A stretch of DNA of 64,000 bases from Thermodesulfobacteriota bacterium (GTDB lineage Bacteria > Desulfobacterota_D > UBA1144 > Nemesobacterales > JAJCZQ01). A program made the position numbers and the translations under genes. Where the stretch lies: positions 179,679 to 243,678 of the forward strand of contig OZ244044.1 of assembly GCA_965215275.1 (NCBI GenBank). The letters run 5' to 3'. The first letter of the stretch is position 1. Every line of letters begins with the position of its first letter. Below, piece after piece: positions 29,441 to 39,623 of the stretch. Below the pieces are notes generated by a model, which had not been told where the DNA came from, searched no databases, and saw nothing but the letters and a program-made list of their open reading frames with translations.

Positions 29441-31444
29441 ATGAACTTATCCTACTCTCCCAATGAGTTAATAGTATTCGCTAAAAGAAATAAGCCCGTG
29501 CTCGGTTCGGTATGCTCAGTTAACGATGACCTTCTGACGGTTTTATCAGAGGATGGAAAGCAGATTGACATCTGCTCTGATCAGATTGAACTGAAGACCT
29601 CAATAATAATAGATCCTGACGGAAAACTGATCCTAAGGGGCTATAGAAAACAGCTGAACGAAAGTATCAAGGAAATAGATCTGGAATTCTTATGGAAACA
29701 GGTAGCCGGGTCGGCTGAAAAAATGTCCTTTGATGACCTGATCGAGATCTACTGCGACGGCAGAGCGTTTGACCGGGATGAAGTGTTAAAGGTCTACTGG
29801 GCCGTTAACAAGGACACTGTCTATTTTAAAAAATTTGACGGGCAGTACTTTCCGTCATCCGAGTCGGAAGTGAACAGCAGGCTGTGGGAGATTGAAAAAG
29901 AGGAAAAAAGGAACCGGGAAACCTCGGCTGCGTTAGAGTATTTTAAAAGTTTTATAAACGAAGACGTCCACTTCTGCGGAAAACCAGCGTTCGATATTGA
30001 TTACTTCACCGACCTTATCAAGCATTACGTCGTTGCCGAAAGCAATAAGGAAAAATATAAGGAGGCCAGGTTCTTTGTCCATCAGCTTGGGATAAGCACT
30101 GCTGAAGATGCAGCTGAATTTTTGATAAAAACAGGTGCGTGGGAAAATGGTGCAAGCCCGGACCTGAAAAAACTTGAAGAATATGGAAAGTTTTCAAAAA
30201 GCTCTTTGAGAGAAGTTGAGAGTAAAATATCTTCGACTTTAGAAAAAGATGGTCTTGTTGATCTGACTTCCAGGGAAGTATTTACGATCGATGACGAAAA
30301 TACCGAAGACATTGACGATGCGGTATCTGTTGAGTTAAAGAGCGACGTGGTCGAACTGGGGGTCCATATCTGCAACGTTGCCCATTACATAAAAAAGGGT
30401 TCCAGTCTGGACATTGAAGCACGTGCCAATGGTCAGACCATCTATATACCCGATAAGCAGATCGGTATATTCCCTCAGAGCCTTATAAAAGAGAAGTTCA
30501 GCCTTTTTAAGGCAGATCTCAAGCCGGCGATATCCCTTCTGTTGCAACTTGATAAAAAAACCTATGAAATAAAGGATTACAGATTTATGAGATCAGTGAT
30601 CTCGGTCTCAAACAACCTTTCCTATGAACAGGCGGCAAAAGGATTTCTTAAAGAAGAAAAAGGTAAGGAACTGGCAAATATAGCAATTGCCCTCAGAAGA
30701 AAAAGGATCAGTAAGGGTGCTTTTATTCTGCATTTACCTGAACTTAAGATCAGCGTTAATGAAGACGGTCGTGCAGCCACTTATAAGAACTACATGAACT
30801 CCATTCCGCACATTATTATTGCTGAACTCATGATCCTTACCAACAACTTAGCGGCTAAGTTCATAAAAAGCTATAAGATACCCTCAATATTCAGAGTACA
30901 GGATGAAGAGGTGCCACAAGAAGGAAGGGAATTAGATACGAACGACCCTCTGTATTCCATAAAGGTGGTTAAATATCTGAGACCGTCCATAACGCGTACC
31001 AGCCCTGGTCCCCATAGGTCGCTCGGACTTGACCCGTACGTGCAGATAACTTCCCCGATAAGGAGATATTTTGACTTGGTTGCCCAGAGACAGATCATCG
31101 GTATATTAGAAGGTAATGAATGGACCTATGATGATAAAGAGCTTTCTGATATCATCTCCACTGTAACAAACGGATTTGGCAAAAGAAGGCTTCTTCAAAA
31201 AGAAAGGAAAAAATACTGGTTATACAGGTACTTACAAGACAATATTGAACAGGATATTAAAGGAATTGTCAGCTTTGTAAACGAGACGAACTTATCTGTT
31301 TACCTGACTGATCTCCTTATTGAGGTCCCGATCAGAAATAACCCTGTAAAAGATCTGAAGGAATATGACGAGGTCGTATTGAAAGTTGAACAGGTAGACC
31401 CTCTTAGAAAAAGGCTCAAATTAAAAGTAATTGATGTGAATTGA
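29441..31444 (+). CDS. RNase II/R-family 3'-5' exoribonuclease (RNB domain)
   Basis: RNB catalytic motif FTIDDENTEDIDDAVS. Confidence 0.75.
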   Translation: MNLSYSPNELIVFAKRNKPVLGSVCSVNDDLLTVLSEDGKQIDICSDQIELKTSIIIDPDGKLILRGYRKQLNESIKEIDLEFLWKQVAGSAEKMSFDDLIEIYCDGRAFDRDEVLKVYWAVNKDTVYFKKFDGQYFPSSESEVNSRLWEIEKEEKRNRETSAALEYFKSFINEDVHFCGKPAFDIDYFTDLIKHYVVAESNKEKYKEARFFVHQLGISTAEDAAEFLIKTGAWENGASPDLKKLEEYGKFSKSSLREVESKISSTLEKDGLVDLTSREVFTIDDENTEDIDDAVSVELKSDVVELGVHICNVAHYIKKGSSLDIEARANGQTIYIPDKQIGIFPQSLIKEKFSLFKADLKPAISLLLQLDKKTYEIKDYRFMRSVISVSNNLSYEQAAKGFLKEEKGKELANIAIALRRKRISKGAFILHLPELKISVNEDGRAATYKNYMNSIPHIIIAELMILTNNLAAKFIKSYKIPSIFRVQDEEVPQEGRELDTNDPLYSIKVVKYLRPSITRTSPGPHRSLGLDPYVQITSPIRRYFDLVAQRQIIGILEGNEWTYDDKELSDIISTVTNGFGKRRLLQKERKKYWLYRYLQDNIEQDIKGIVSFVNETNLSVYLTDLLIEVPIRNNPVKDLKEYDEVVLKVEQVDPLRKRLKLKVIDVN

Positions 31445-31556
31445 CTTTTAAAAAGAAACCATCTGAGTATATACTAAAAGAGTATCATAGGTTGTTTGAT
31501 CGAATTCTGATATATAGTTGTTGTAAAAAACTTAAAAAAATAAACCGGAGGTAATT

Positions 31557-32444
31557 ATGAGTAACAAAATGAACAGTCTCTTTACGGGTTTCAGTTTTAA
31601 ATACCCGATGATAATAATCATACTGTTTTTTATTATTTCCAATGTCTTTGTGGTCGTTGACAGTGGCCATGTAGGCATTGTCAGAACCCTGGGTGCCGTA
31701 CAGCTTGACGCACTGCCGGAGGGTTTCCATTTTAGAAAACCGATCATTGATAAGGTTGAGCAGATGGACGTCAGACTTACAAAAGCGAATGCAAAGGCCC
31801 AGGCTGCCTCAAAGGACCTGCAGACCGTCAGAACTCAGGTCACGGTGCAGTACTCACTGGTGGGAGAAGTCGCTCCGTTAACCTTTCAGAAAATAGGAAA
31901 TAGAGATATAGTCTCTGCCACACTTATTGAACCTGCGATCCAGGAATCCGTTAAGGCCATTACTGCACAGTATACCGCGGAGCAACTCGTAACCAAAAGA
32001 GCAGAGGTAAAACTTCAGATACAGGAAGCAATTAACAACTTTATTTATATAACTCTTAAGGAAAAAGGTGTTGATAATTCCCTGCGGATCGCAAACGTTG
32101 CCATTACGGACTTTGATTTCTCCGACGAATTCAACAGGGCAATTGAGCTGAAGGTAAAGGCAGAACAGGAAGCCCTCCAGGCAAAAAACGAAAAAACCAG
32201 AAGGGTTACGCAGGCTGAAGCCGCAGCGGCTGAAAGAGAACTGGCTGCAGATGCGGAGGCTTATGAGATCACGGTTGCCTCAAAGGCCCGGGCAGAGGCG
32301 ATCAGAAGGGAAGCTAAGGCGCTTAAGAACAATCCAGAACTTATTCAGCTCAGAGTGGCAGAGAAATGGGATGGTAAACTTCCAAAGTTTTCCGGAAGTG
32401 AAGCAGTGCCTCTTATAAATTTAGATGCAGTGCTTGGAAGATAG
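31557..32444 (+). CDS. SPFH/band-7 (HflC/prohibitin-like) membrane protein
   Basis: N-terminal TM segment, SPFH core and a coiled-coil Ala/Glu-rich C-terminus. A GGAGGT Shine-Dalgarno precedes the start. Confidence 0.75.
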   Translation: MSNKMNSLFTGFSFKYPMIIIILFFIISNVFVVVDSGHVGIVRTLGAVQLDALPEGFHFRKPIIDKVEQMDVRLTKANAKAQAASKDLQTVRTQVTVQYSLVGEVAPLTFQKIGNRDIVSATLIEPAIQESVKAITAQYTAEQLVTKRAEVKLQIQEAINNFIYITLKEKGVDNSLRIANVAITDFDFSDEFNRAIELKVKAEQEALQAKNEKTRRVTQAEAAAAERELAADAEAYEITVASKARAEAIRREAKALKNNPELIQLRVAEKWDGKLPKFSGSEAVPLINLDAVLGR

Positions 32445-32499
32445 TATTTTTACTGAACCGCTGTCCAGAAAGTACCTATAAGCCAGATAAGCTGAACCT

Positions 32500-32890
32500 C
32501 CATTCAGTATATCTTAAGAAGTTCCTTTCTGATCACTGCTCCGAGCAGATCAGGAAAGACATAGTTATGATCGGAGGTTGCACGTCCACCACCGCCAGGA
32601 CCAGCATCTTATGTTAATATCTAAAGCTGGTCCTGGTGTTGGATTCACTGCCCCTACCCTGATCATGAAGTTCAGTTCATCCGTATTTCCATCTTCGTCT
32701 TCTGCCGTAGAGGTGTAAGTACTGAAAGAGTGCTCCACTTCCTCCCGCTGCCTCAGGTAGAATTGCTGTAATTGAACTCTCTACTACGCACTGCCGATTG
32801 GAGATGGCTACTCCCCCACTCCCTTAAATGAAATTCTGTTATCCAGGTTAGAAGTATAAGTGTTTTCTACGACGGGATAGAGAGAGGTAA
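32500..32890 (-). pseudogene. Decayed 3' remnant of a third kexin-like surface-protein paralog, containing a P-domain end, a He_PIG fragment and a sorting-signal fragment
   Basis: The reverse-complement translation gives TAILPEAAGGSGAL, then ...YTSTAEDEDGNTDELNFMIRV, then ...GPGGGGRATSDHNYVFPDLLGAVIRKELLKIY*. These are homologous to LPEATAGNGELTYSL...YTYKVTDEDGDTDELRFTIRV...GGGGCAVSDQISVVYDILGAVACL...RRKRR. Nucleotide similarity to 24440-24520 is visible. There are frameshifts, internal deletions and no TM segment. Confidence 0.7.
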
Positions 32891-33113
32891 AACCTTGAAT
32901 TAATGCGGTATTGATACTTTTTATCCTGACCGAAAGGTTATTTTCATGTCCAGGTTATAGTATGTAATTCCCGGAGTTAAATAGCATTGCTTTTCAGATT
33001 TTGCTCAGAACCCATGCAATTCAGCTTTAACTGGTTTTCTTAAAAAGAACTTTACAACGAACACCTAAAAGTTCTATAATCAATGGTATATCTTTTCTAA
33101 AGAGAGGTTTTAA

Positions 33114-35204
33114 ATGTCGTTGGAAATAGACTCGGAGAGAGTACGCAACATAGCTGTAATAGGTTCCCATGGAGTTGGAAAGACCAGTTTGTCAGAAGGA
33201 TTACTTTTCATTAGCGGTGCCACAAGTACGCTGGGAAAAGTGGATGATAACAGTTCGGTCCTTGATCACACAAAAGAAGAAAAGCAGAGAAAAATGTCCT
33301 TGACTTCTCACGTTGCCTATTTTGAGCATGAAGGACATCTTATAAACATTATCGACACCCCTGGGTTCTCGAATTTCCTGTTCGATGCAGATAGTGCGAT
33401 CAAAGTAGCCGATGCGGTTATCTTTGTGGTAAATGGAGTTGAAAATTCAGGAGAACAGCTTGACAGATACTGGAGCATGGCGGCTGAAAACGACGTTCCG
33501 AGGATCTTGTTTATGAACAATATGGACAAAGAACATGCTAATTTCGAGAAATCCTTGGAATATGTAGAGAAGAGCCTCAATATCAAAACAGTTCCGATCA
33601 CAATACCTATGGGACAGGGAAATGACTTTGGAGGAGTGATAAACCTTTTTGAGATGAAAGCCTTTGTATATAAAGGTGAGAACAAGTTCGACGTTCTTGA
33701 AATCCCGGAAAATATGGTTCAGATGGCAAACGACTGCTATGATAAGGTCCTTGAGACCATAGCCGAACAGGATGACGAGACCCTGGTCAAATATCTTGAA
33801 GGTGAGGAGATCGGCCACGATACCGTTATCGATATGTACAAGAAAGGCGTAAAGGAATCAACGATCTATCCTATGCTGATAGGCTCTTCAAAAAAGCTTC
33901 TGGGCCTATACTCTCTTTTGCAGGATATCAAGAGCCTGCTGCCGTCCCCGACCGAGGGAGAAGATATGGTCTGCAAAAATCCCGATGGGGATGACGTTAC
34001 AAGGTCACCAGACAGTACAGGTCCTTCCTCTTTATATATATTTAAAACGGTATCTGACCCTTTTGCAGGCAAAATAAGTATCGGAAAGGTCCTGTCAGGT
34101 ACTGTCAAAGCTGACTCAACGCTCTACAATTCCCACACCAGTTCTAAGATAAAGATCTCTAATCTGTCTCGATTGATCGGAAAGAACGAACATAAGATAA
34201 ACGAGGCAAAAGCAGGGGATATAGTCGGATTGAGCAAGCTCAAGGACGTGAATACGGGTACGACCTTGAGCGACGTTGACCATCCGTGCGTGATCGCTCC
34301 AGTGGAATTACCGCAGGCCGTCCTTTCTTTTGCCATAGAACCTAAAACAAGGGCCGATGAGGATAAACTTACGGTTTCTCTCTCAAGGATAATGGAGGAG
34401 GACCCCACGATAAAATTTCATAAGGAACCGGAAACGAACGAATTCCTTATTTCAGGTACAGGGCAGACACACGTTGAAGTAACGGTTGAAAAACTGCGGA
34501 ACTCTTATGGAGTGAACGTTAATCTGAAAACCCCCAAGGTACCGTACAGAGAGACCATTAAGGGCAGATCTGAAGCAGAAGGTAAGTACGTCAAGCAGAC
34601 CGGGGGCAGAGGCCAGTACGGTGTTGCCAGACTGCGTATAGAACCTCTTCAGAACGGAGAAAGTTACGAATTTGTAAATGAAATAGTTGGCGGGGTTATA
34701 CCGAAAAATTTTATTCCCTCAGTTGAAAAAGGGGTACAGGACGCAATGAAGAAAGGTGTTCTTGCAGGATTTCCGGTGACGGACGTTAAAATTTCCCTGT
34801 TCGATGGTAAATATCATCCCGTGGACTCTTCCGACGTTGCTTTCCAGATAGCGGGTTCAATGGGATTTAAAAAGGCAATGGAGAACGCCAGCCCGGTACT
34901 CCTGGAACCGATCATGAAAATGAACATACACGTCCCGGAGGACAATATGGGGGATGTGATCGGCGATATAAACGCCAGAAGGGGCAAGGTGGCAGGGGTG
35001 GACTCTTCTGTGACCGGTCATCACCTTATCGACGCTCTGGTGCCAATGTCGGAAGTTATGACCTACGCACCTGAACTGAGGTCCATTACGAGCGGCAGAG
35101 GAAGTTTTACAATGGAATTTTCCCGCTATGAAGAAGTGCCGTCACAGGTATCCGCCGAAATAGTGGAACAGTTCAGGACCGCACAGGAACAAACTGATAC
35201 CTGA
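33114..35204 (+). CDS. Elongation factor G-family GTPase paralog (EF-G2-like)
   Basis: Five-domain EF-G architecture with G motifs GSHGVGKTS, DTPGFSNF and NNMDKE. The G1 and G3 motifs diverge from canonical AHVDAGKTT and DTPGHVDF. There is a GAGAGG Shine-Dalgarno. Confidence 0.7.
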   Translation: MSLEIDSERVRNIAVIGSHGVGKTSLSEGLLFISGATSTLGKVDDNSSVLDHTKEEKQRKMSLTSHVAYFEHEGHLINIIDTPGFSNFLFDADSAIKVADAVIFVVNGVENSGEQLDRYWSMAAENDVPRILFMNNMDKEHANFEKSLEYVEKSLNIKTVPITIPMGQGNDFGGVINLFEMKAFVYKGENKFDVLEIPENMVQMANDCYDKVLETIAEQDDETLVKYLEGEEIGHDTVIDMYKKGVKESTIYPMLIGSSKKLLGLYSLLQDIKSLLPSPTEGEDMVCKNPDGDDVTRSPDSTGPSSLYIFKTVSDPFAGKISIGKVLSGTVKADSTLYNSHTSSKIKISNLSRLIGKNEHKINEAKAGDIVGLSKLKDVNTGTTLSDVDHPCVIAPVELPQAVLSFAIEPKTRADEDKLTVSLSRIMEEDPTIKFHKEPETNEFLISGTGQTHVEVTVEKLRNSYGVNVNLKTPKVPYRETIKGRSEAEGKYVKQTGGRGQYGVARLRIEPLQNGESYEFVNEIVGGVIPKNFIPSVEKGVQDAMKKGVLAGFPVTDVKISLFDGKYHPVDSSDVAFQIAGSMGFKKAMENASPVLLEPIMKMNIHVPEDNMGDVIGDINARRGKVAGVDSSVTGHHLIDALVPMSEVMTYAPELRSITSGRGSFTMEFSRYEEVPSQVSAEIVEQFRTAQEQTDT

Positions 35205-35226
35205 CAGGTCCTGTCTTTTTTGCTCA
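35205..35226 (+). terminator. Possible intrinsic terminator: GACAGG-t-CCTGTC palindrome followed by T6
   Basis: Short stem plus a U-run directly after the stop of the EF-G-like gene. The same 13-mer palindrome also follows dnaJ at about 1058-1070. Confidence 0.35.
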
Positions 35227-35243
35227 ATACACTTCGTTCTGAG

Positions 35244-35873
35244 CTACGGTGCTATCCTCTCAATGACCCATTTATGGTCTTCTAACCTGTATCTGAACCT
35301 GTCGTGAAGTCTGTTCTTTCTGCCTTGCCAGAACTCAAATCCTTCCGCTGTTAACATGTAGCCCTTCCAGTGTTCCGGTCTTGGGACTTCGGTCCCTGTG
35401 AACTTTTTATCGTAATGCCGGTAAAGCCTGTCAAGTTCTTCCCTGCTTTCTAATACATTACTCTGGTCTGATGCCCAGGCACCCAGCTGACTTCCCCGTG
35501 GTCGGGTTTTAAAGTAAAGGTCGCTTTCCTCGTCCTTTAGATTTTCCACGACCCCTTCGATCCTGACCTGTCTTTCCACTTCGTTCCACCAGAAGCACAT
35601 CGAGGCCCTGTTGTTCTTTTCCAGCTCTTTTCCCTTTTTGCTGTTCATGTTCGTGTAAAACTTAAATCCGTTCCCGGTCCTGCCCTTATACAGAAGGACC
35701 CTGGAAGACGGTGCCTTATCGTCCGCCACGGTGGAAAGTACGAAAGCGTCCGCATATTTTATTCTGGAAGTTACGGCTTCTTTATACCAGATATCGAACT
35801 GCTCGAGCGGGTCAGAGGACAGATGTTCCCTTCGCAGCTGCATAAGTTCATATTGGGTATCTTTTGATGACAT
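35244..35873 (-). CDS. pdxH: Pyridoxamine 5'-phosphate oxidase
   Basis: PNPOx fold; conserved C-terminal WGGY... replaced by HWKGYML; 209 aa. Confidence 0.8.
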   Translation of the reverse strand: MSSKDTQYELMQLRREHLSSDPLEQFDIWYKEAVTSRIKYADAFVLSTVADDKAPSSRVLLYKGRTGNGFKFYTNMNSKKGKELEKNNRASMCFWWNEVERQVRIEGVVENLKDEESDLYFKTRPRGSQLGAWASDQSNVLESREELDRLYRHYDKKFTGTEVPRPEHWKGYMLTAEGFEFWQGRKNRLHDRFRYRLEDHKWVIERIAP

Positions 35874-35874
35874 T

Positions 35875-36792
35875 TTATTTCACCAGCTTGATCAGGGTTC
35901 TTTTTATATCCGTGTCGATAAACCTGTAACCGTTTTCCAGCAGTTTCCCTGGTCTTACGTTTACGCCGGAAAGTATGACCTCCTCTGCCATTTCTCCAAA
36001 GATCGATCTTATAATAAATCCAGGCAGATGAAAAAAAGCAGGTCTGTTAAGGACCTCTGCCAGTATCTTTGTAAAATGGGCATTGGTGCACGGGTTAGGA
36101 GATACAAGGTTTACCGGTCCTTCTATCTTATCATTTTTCAGAACGAACTTTATCGAGGAAACTATATCGTCAATGGATATCCAGCTCCATATCTGCTCGC
36201 CGCTGCCTATATGGCCCCCCAGTCCCAGACTGAAAGGCAGTAGCATCTTTGATAACGCTCCACCTCTTTTATCCAGCACCAGACCGATCCTCAGGTTAAC
36301 CACCCTGGCACCAAGCTCCCTTGCACGACCTGCTGCTGCTTCCCAGTCCCTGGCAAGTCCTGCAAGAAAGCCCGAACCCGATAATTCGGAACGTTCATCT
36401 GCCATGACGGACCCGGCGGGACTGTATATCCCTATTGCCGAGGCACATAGGAAATGTCCGGGAGGATCTGATACCTTTTTAAATATATCTGCAAGTAACC
36501 TTGTGGTGTCTACCCTGCTTTTAACGATCCTTCTTTTCTTTCTTTCGGTCCATCTGCTGACGATGTTCTCACCAGCTAAATGTATTACCGAATCAAACCC
36601 TTCAAAATCAGACAGTTCATAGTTTTCGTTCTCATAATCTATAAATACCGTGTCTCTGGAAGACCTTGAAGCGGACCTTGCCAGTTTTATCACCTCATGA
36701 CCTTCATCCGTAAGAGCGGTTACCAGACTTCTTCCTATCAGTCCACTGGAACCTGAAATAAGTATTCTCATTGAAAGCTGATCCTGTCCCAT
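35875..36792 (-). CDS. TIGR01777/YfcH-like NAD-dependent epimerase/dehydratase with a DUF1731 C-terminus
   Basis: N-terminus MRILISGSSGLIGRSL; about 300 aa. Confidence 0.7.
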   Translation of the reverse strand: MGQDQLSMRILISGSSGLIGRSLVTALTDEGHEVIKLARSASRSSRDTVFIDYENENYELSDFEGFDSVIHLAGENIVSRWTERKKRRIVKSRVDTTRLLADIFKKVSDPPGHFLCASAIGIYSPAGSVMADERSELSGSGFLAGLARDWEAAAGRARELGARVVNLRIGLVLDKRGGALSKMLLPFSLGLGGHIGSGEQIWSWISIDDIVSSIKFVLKNDKIEGPVNLVSPNPCTNAHFTKILAEVLNRPAFFHLPGFIIRSIFGEMAEEVILSGVNVRPGKLLENGYRFIDTDIKRTLIKLVK

Positions 36793-36810
36793 TGATACCC
36801 TCGTTAAAAC

Positions 36811-37827
36811 TTAATTTCCAAAAACACGAAGCAGTTCATATTGATATTTTTTAACGTCCTCGTAATCAATAAAATAATGCGGGACGCTCAGTATCGGCAG
36901 ATCTATTATCTTTCTGTAACCGTCTATTTTTTCTCTGCATTGGTCCTCGTTGCCGATCACTGCAAAGTTCTCGACCATATCGTCTGAAACGTTTTCGATC
37001 ATCCCTTTGATGTCCTTATTGAAGTACGCGTCCCTTATTCTTCTCGTCTGGTCGGAAAATCCTGCCATCTCAAAAGGCCGTCTGTAAGTCTTAACCACTG
37101 CATAAAACCCTATGGTCGCCTTTGCCGCTTTTTTAGCTTTTTCGGCTTCTCTGGGTTTATTCGCAACGGCACAGGTAATGATAGAAGATACCGTAAAATC
37201 ACTTCTTTGTTTATCTGCTTCTTCAAGTCCCTCATTGATCGCCGGTATTATACTGTCTTTCAAATAGCTTTTATGACAGACGACGTGACCTAAATAACCA
37301 TCTGCGATCTTAGCCGACGATCTTGCCATGTTATTCCCTATACCGGCCATATACAGGGGTATTTTATCCCTGACGGGTTTAAAGGCCCTTTTAAATCCCC
37401 TGGTGTTTATATCGTAATATTCACCACTGTACCTGTGCTCTGTATCCATGTGTGAGGATGATATATAGTGCCTGATTATCTCCACGCATTCCTCTATCCT
37501 TTTAACTGGTTTTCCGTACTTGATCCCATGGTACCTTTCGTTGGTGTTCTTTGCCCCTGTCCCAAGTCCCAGTATGAACCTTCCATCGGACATTTCATCC
37601 AGATCAAGTGCCGTCAGTGAGGTGATCAAAGGACTTCTTGTAAAAGCCAGTGCAACGGCACTTCCCAGTTTTATTCTGTTTGTCACGGAGGAGACGGCGG
37701 CCAGTTGCTGAAAAGAGGTCCTGTACAGTTCGGTCGACCAGACTGAATGGAAGTTCGAACCTTCAGCCCTTATGGCCAGTTCCTTAATATCCTCAATTGA
37801 TGCAGAATCAAGTATTAATCCCGTCAT
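36811..37827 (-). CDS. LLM-class (luciferase-like) flavin-dependent oxidoreductase
   Basis: TIM-barrel LLM pattern with overall similarity; 338 aa. Confidence 0.55.
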   Translation of the reverse strand: MTGLILDSASIEDIKELAIRAEGSNFHSVWSTELYRTSFQQLAAVSSVTNRIKLGSAVALAFTRSPLITSLTALDLDEMSDGRFILGLGTGAKNTNERYHGIKYGKPVKRIEECVEIIRHYISSSHMDTEHRYSGEYYDINTRGFKRAFKPVRDKIPLYMAGIGNNMARSSAKIADGYLGHVVCHKSYLKDSIIPAINEGLEEADKQRSDFTVSSIITCAVANKPREAEKAKKAAKATIGFYAVVKTYRRPFEMAGFSDQTRRIRDAYFNKDIKGMIENVSDDMVENFAVIGNEDQCREKIDGYRKIIDLPILSVPHYFIDYEDVKKYQYELLRVFGN

Positions 37828-37986
37828 TAAAGCCTTATACCAGTATCACAAAGGTCAGATCCTGGTTTTTACCTTTTTGTATCAGTTCTCTTGCAAGAAA
37901 TTAAATAATTTTTACTGTTAGAGTATATTATAACGAGAGATAGGACTTTTTAGAAAAACACAAAGAGGTATCATACAGGATAAAAG

Positions 37987-38667
37987 ATGGATAAACGTAC
38001 TGATCATACAGGTATCTTCAAGTTCATAATATCTTCCGTCCGGGTCCACAAGATGTTCAATTTTATGTGTTCGCTGGTGATATTACTGGTCCTGTCGGCT
38101 GCGATGGAAGATTATAAATATGGAGATCTGGTACTTGGCTGTCTAAGCGTTCTTGTGATCGCTGCAGGCGTGTACGTTGCGTCTGCGAATAAAAGGTCAG
38201 TGGTGATATTGCTTATACTGGCTCTCCCGTGGTTCCTTTCCGAATGGTTTTTTACGATCGACAAGGCCGTTTTTGTTGGGTTTTTTTTCTTTCTTTACGT
38301 GATCTGGATCTTGTTCGATATGATCCTCAAGTCAAAGGACATAACGGAAAACACTTTGTATAGTGCGGTCTGTATCTATCTTCTGATCGGACTTCTCTGG
38401 GCATCGCTTTACGGCCTGATAGATGAAATAGTACCGGGGGTGATCTTTTCGGACCAGCATGAAAAAAGTTACTTAACTCACAATGAACTCATCTATTTCA
38501 GTTACACAACACTGACGACGCTGGGATACGGGGATATAACGTCCATAACTCCCGTTGGAAGGATAATGTCTGTTATAGAGGCGATTACCGGACAGCTCTT
38601 TATCGTTTTCATGGTCGGAAGACTGCTGAGTATATACTCTTTCAAGTCCAGAAGGGACGATAGATAA
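37987..38667 (+). CDS. Small potassium-channel-family membrane protein
   Basis: Pore helix plus selectivity filter TTLGYGD, preceded by several TM helices. Confidence 0.7.
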   Translation: MDKRTDHTGIFKFIISSVRVHKMFNFMCSLVILLVLSAAMEDYKYGDLVLGCLSVLVIAAGVYVASANKRSVVILLILALPWFLSEWFFTIDKAVFVGFFFFLYVIWILFDMILKSKDITENTLYSAVCIYLLIGLLWASLYGLIDEIVPGVIFSDQHEKSYLTHNELIYFSYTTLTTLGYGDITSITPVGRIMSVIEAITGQLFIVFMVGRLLSIYSFKSRRDDR

Positions 38668-38693
38668 GCTGCTAGTCTAGGGCTTTATTACCT

Positions 38694-39530
38694 TTAACGG
38701 CCGTTATCTCTGAGCTGCTTCAGAAGCTTTATATCAGCGGCAACTTTATCAGGAGGATTTTCAACTATAACGTCCATAGGAGCTAGCCTCTTGTCACCTA
38801 TTATCGTTTTAAATCCTTCTACACCTATATTACCTTTCCCTATGAGTTCATGTCGGTCTTTTCTTTCACCCAGACCGACACCTGTATCATTACCGTGTAT
38901 CAGCTTAATACGGTCCATCCCGAACGTTCTATCAGCCTGCTCAAGCGAGAGGTTGAGCGCTTTACTGCTTCTGATATCATAACCTGCGCCGAACATATGG
39001 GCCGTATCAAGACAGACCCCCAGATCGCTTTTGTTAACGCGGTCCAGTATGAAGGCAAGTTCCTCGAACCTATGACCGATCGTATCACCCTGTCCTGCCG
39101 AGTTCTCAAGCAGCAGGGCAGCTTGTCCTTCGTACCCTTCCAGGACCTTAATGATCGAAGCAGCGACCCTGTCCAGTGCCACCTTACGGTCCATACCTTT
39201 TGAACTTCCGAGATGGGTCATTACGTACGTTACTTCAAGAAGTGATGCTCTTTCCAGGTCCTCTCTGATGATCCTTATTGAATTATCCCTGACGTCCTCG
39301 TTCACAGAGGCTAAGTTCAGAAAGTAAGGCGTGTGAACGTGGTAGCCGCTGAAGCCGTATTTTCTGCAGTCTGATAAGAACTTATCAACTACTTTATCGT
39401 CCAGCGGAGACGGCTTTCCTCCCCTTGGGGACCTTGTAAACAGCTGAAAGCATTCACACCCCAGTTCAAAGGCCCTGCCGGGTGCGTTGTCGATCCCTCC
39501 GGCGATCGATACATGAGTTCCAAAATGCAT
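38694..39530 (-). CDS. nfo: Deoxyribonuclease IV (endonuclease IV)
   Basis: AP endonuclease family 2 TIM barrel; HxGS and ...HD... metal-ligand pattern. Confidence 0.85.
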   Translation of the reverse strand: MHFGTHVSIAGGIDNAPGRAFELGCECFQLFTRSPRGGKPSPLDDKVVDKFLSDCRKYGFSGYHVHTPYFLNLASVNEDVRDNSIRIIREDLERASLLEVTYVMTHLGSSKGMDRKVALDRVAASIIKVLEGYEGQAALLLENSAGQGDTIGHRFEELAFILDRVNKSDLGVCLDTAHMFGAGYDIRSSKALNLSLEQADRTFGMDRIKLIHGNDTGVGLGERKDRHELIGKGNIGVEGFKTIIGDKRLAPMDVIVENPPDKVAADIKLLKQLRDNGR

Positions 39531-39623
39531 TAGATATATCTCCTGATCAATGTTTTAAATAAAACAGTTACAGTGCATACTTAAAGCAGTTTCTACATAA
39601 ACGTACATAGTTCCCACAGATTT

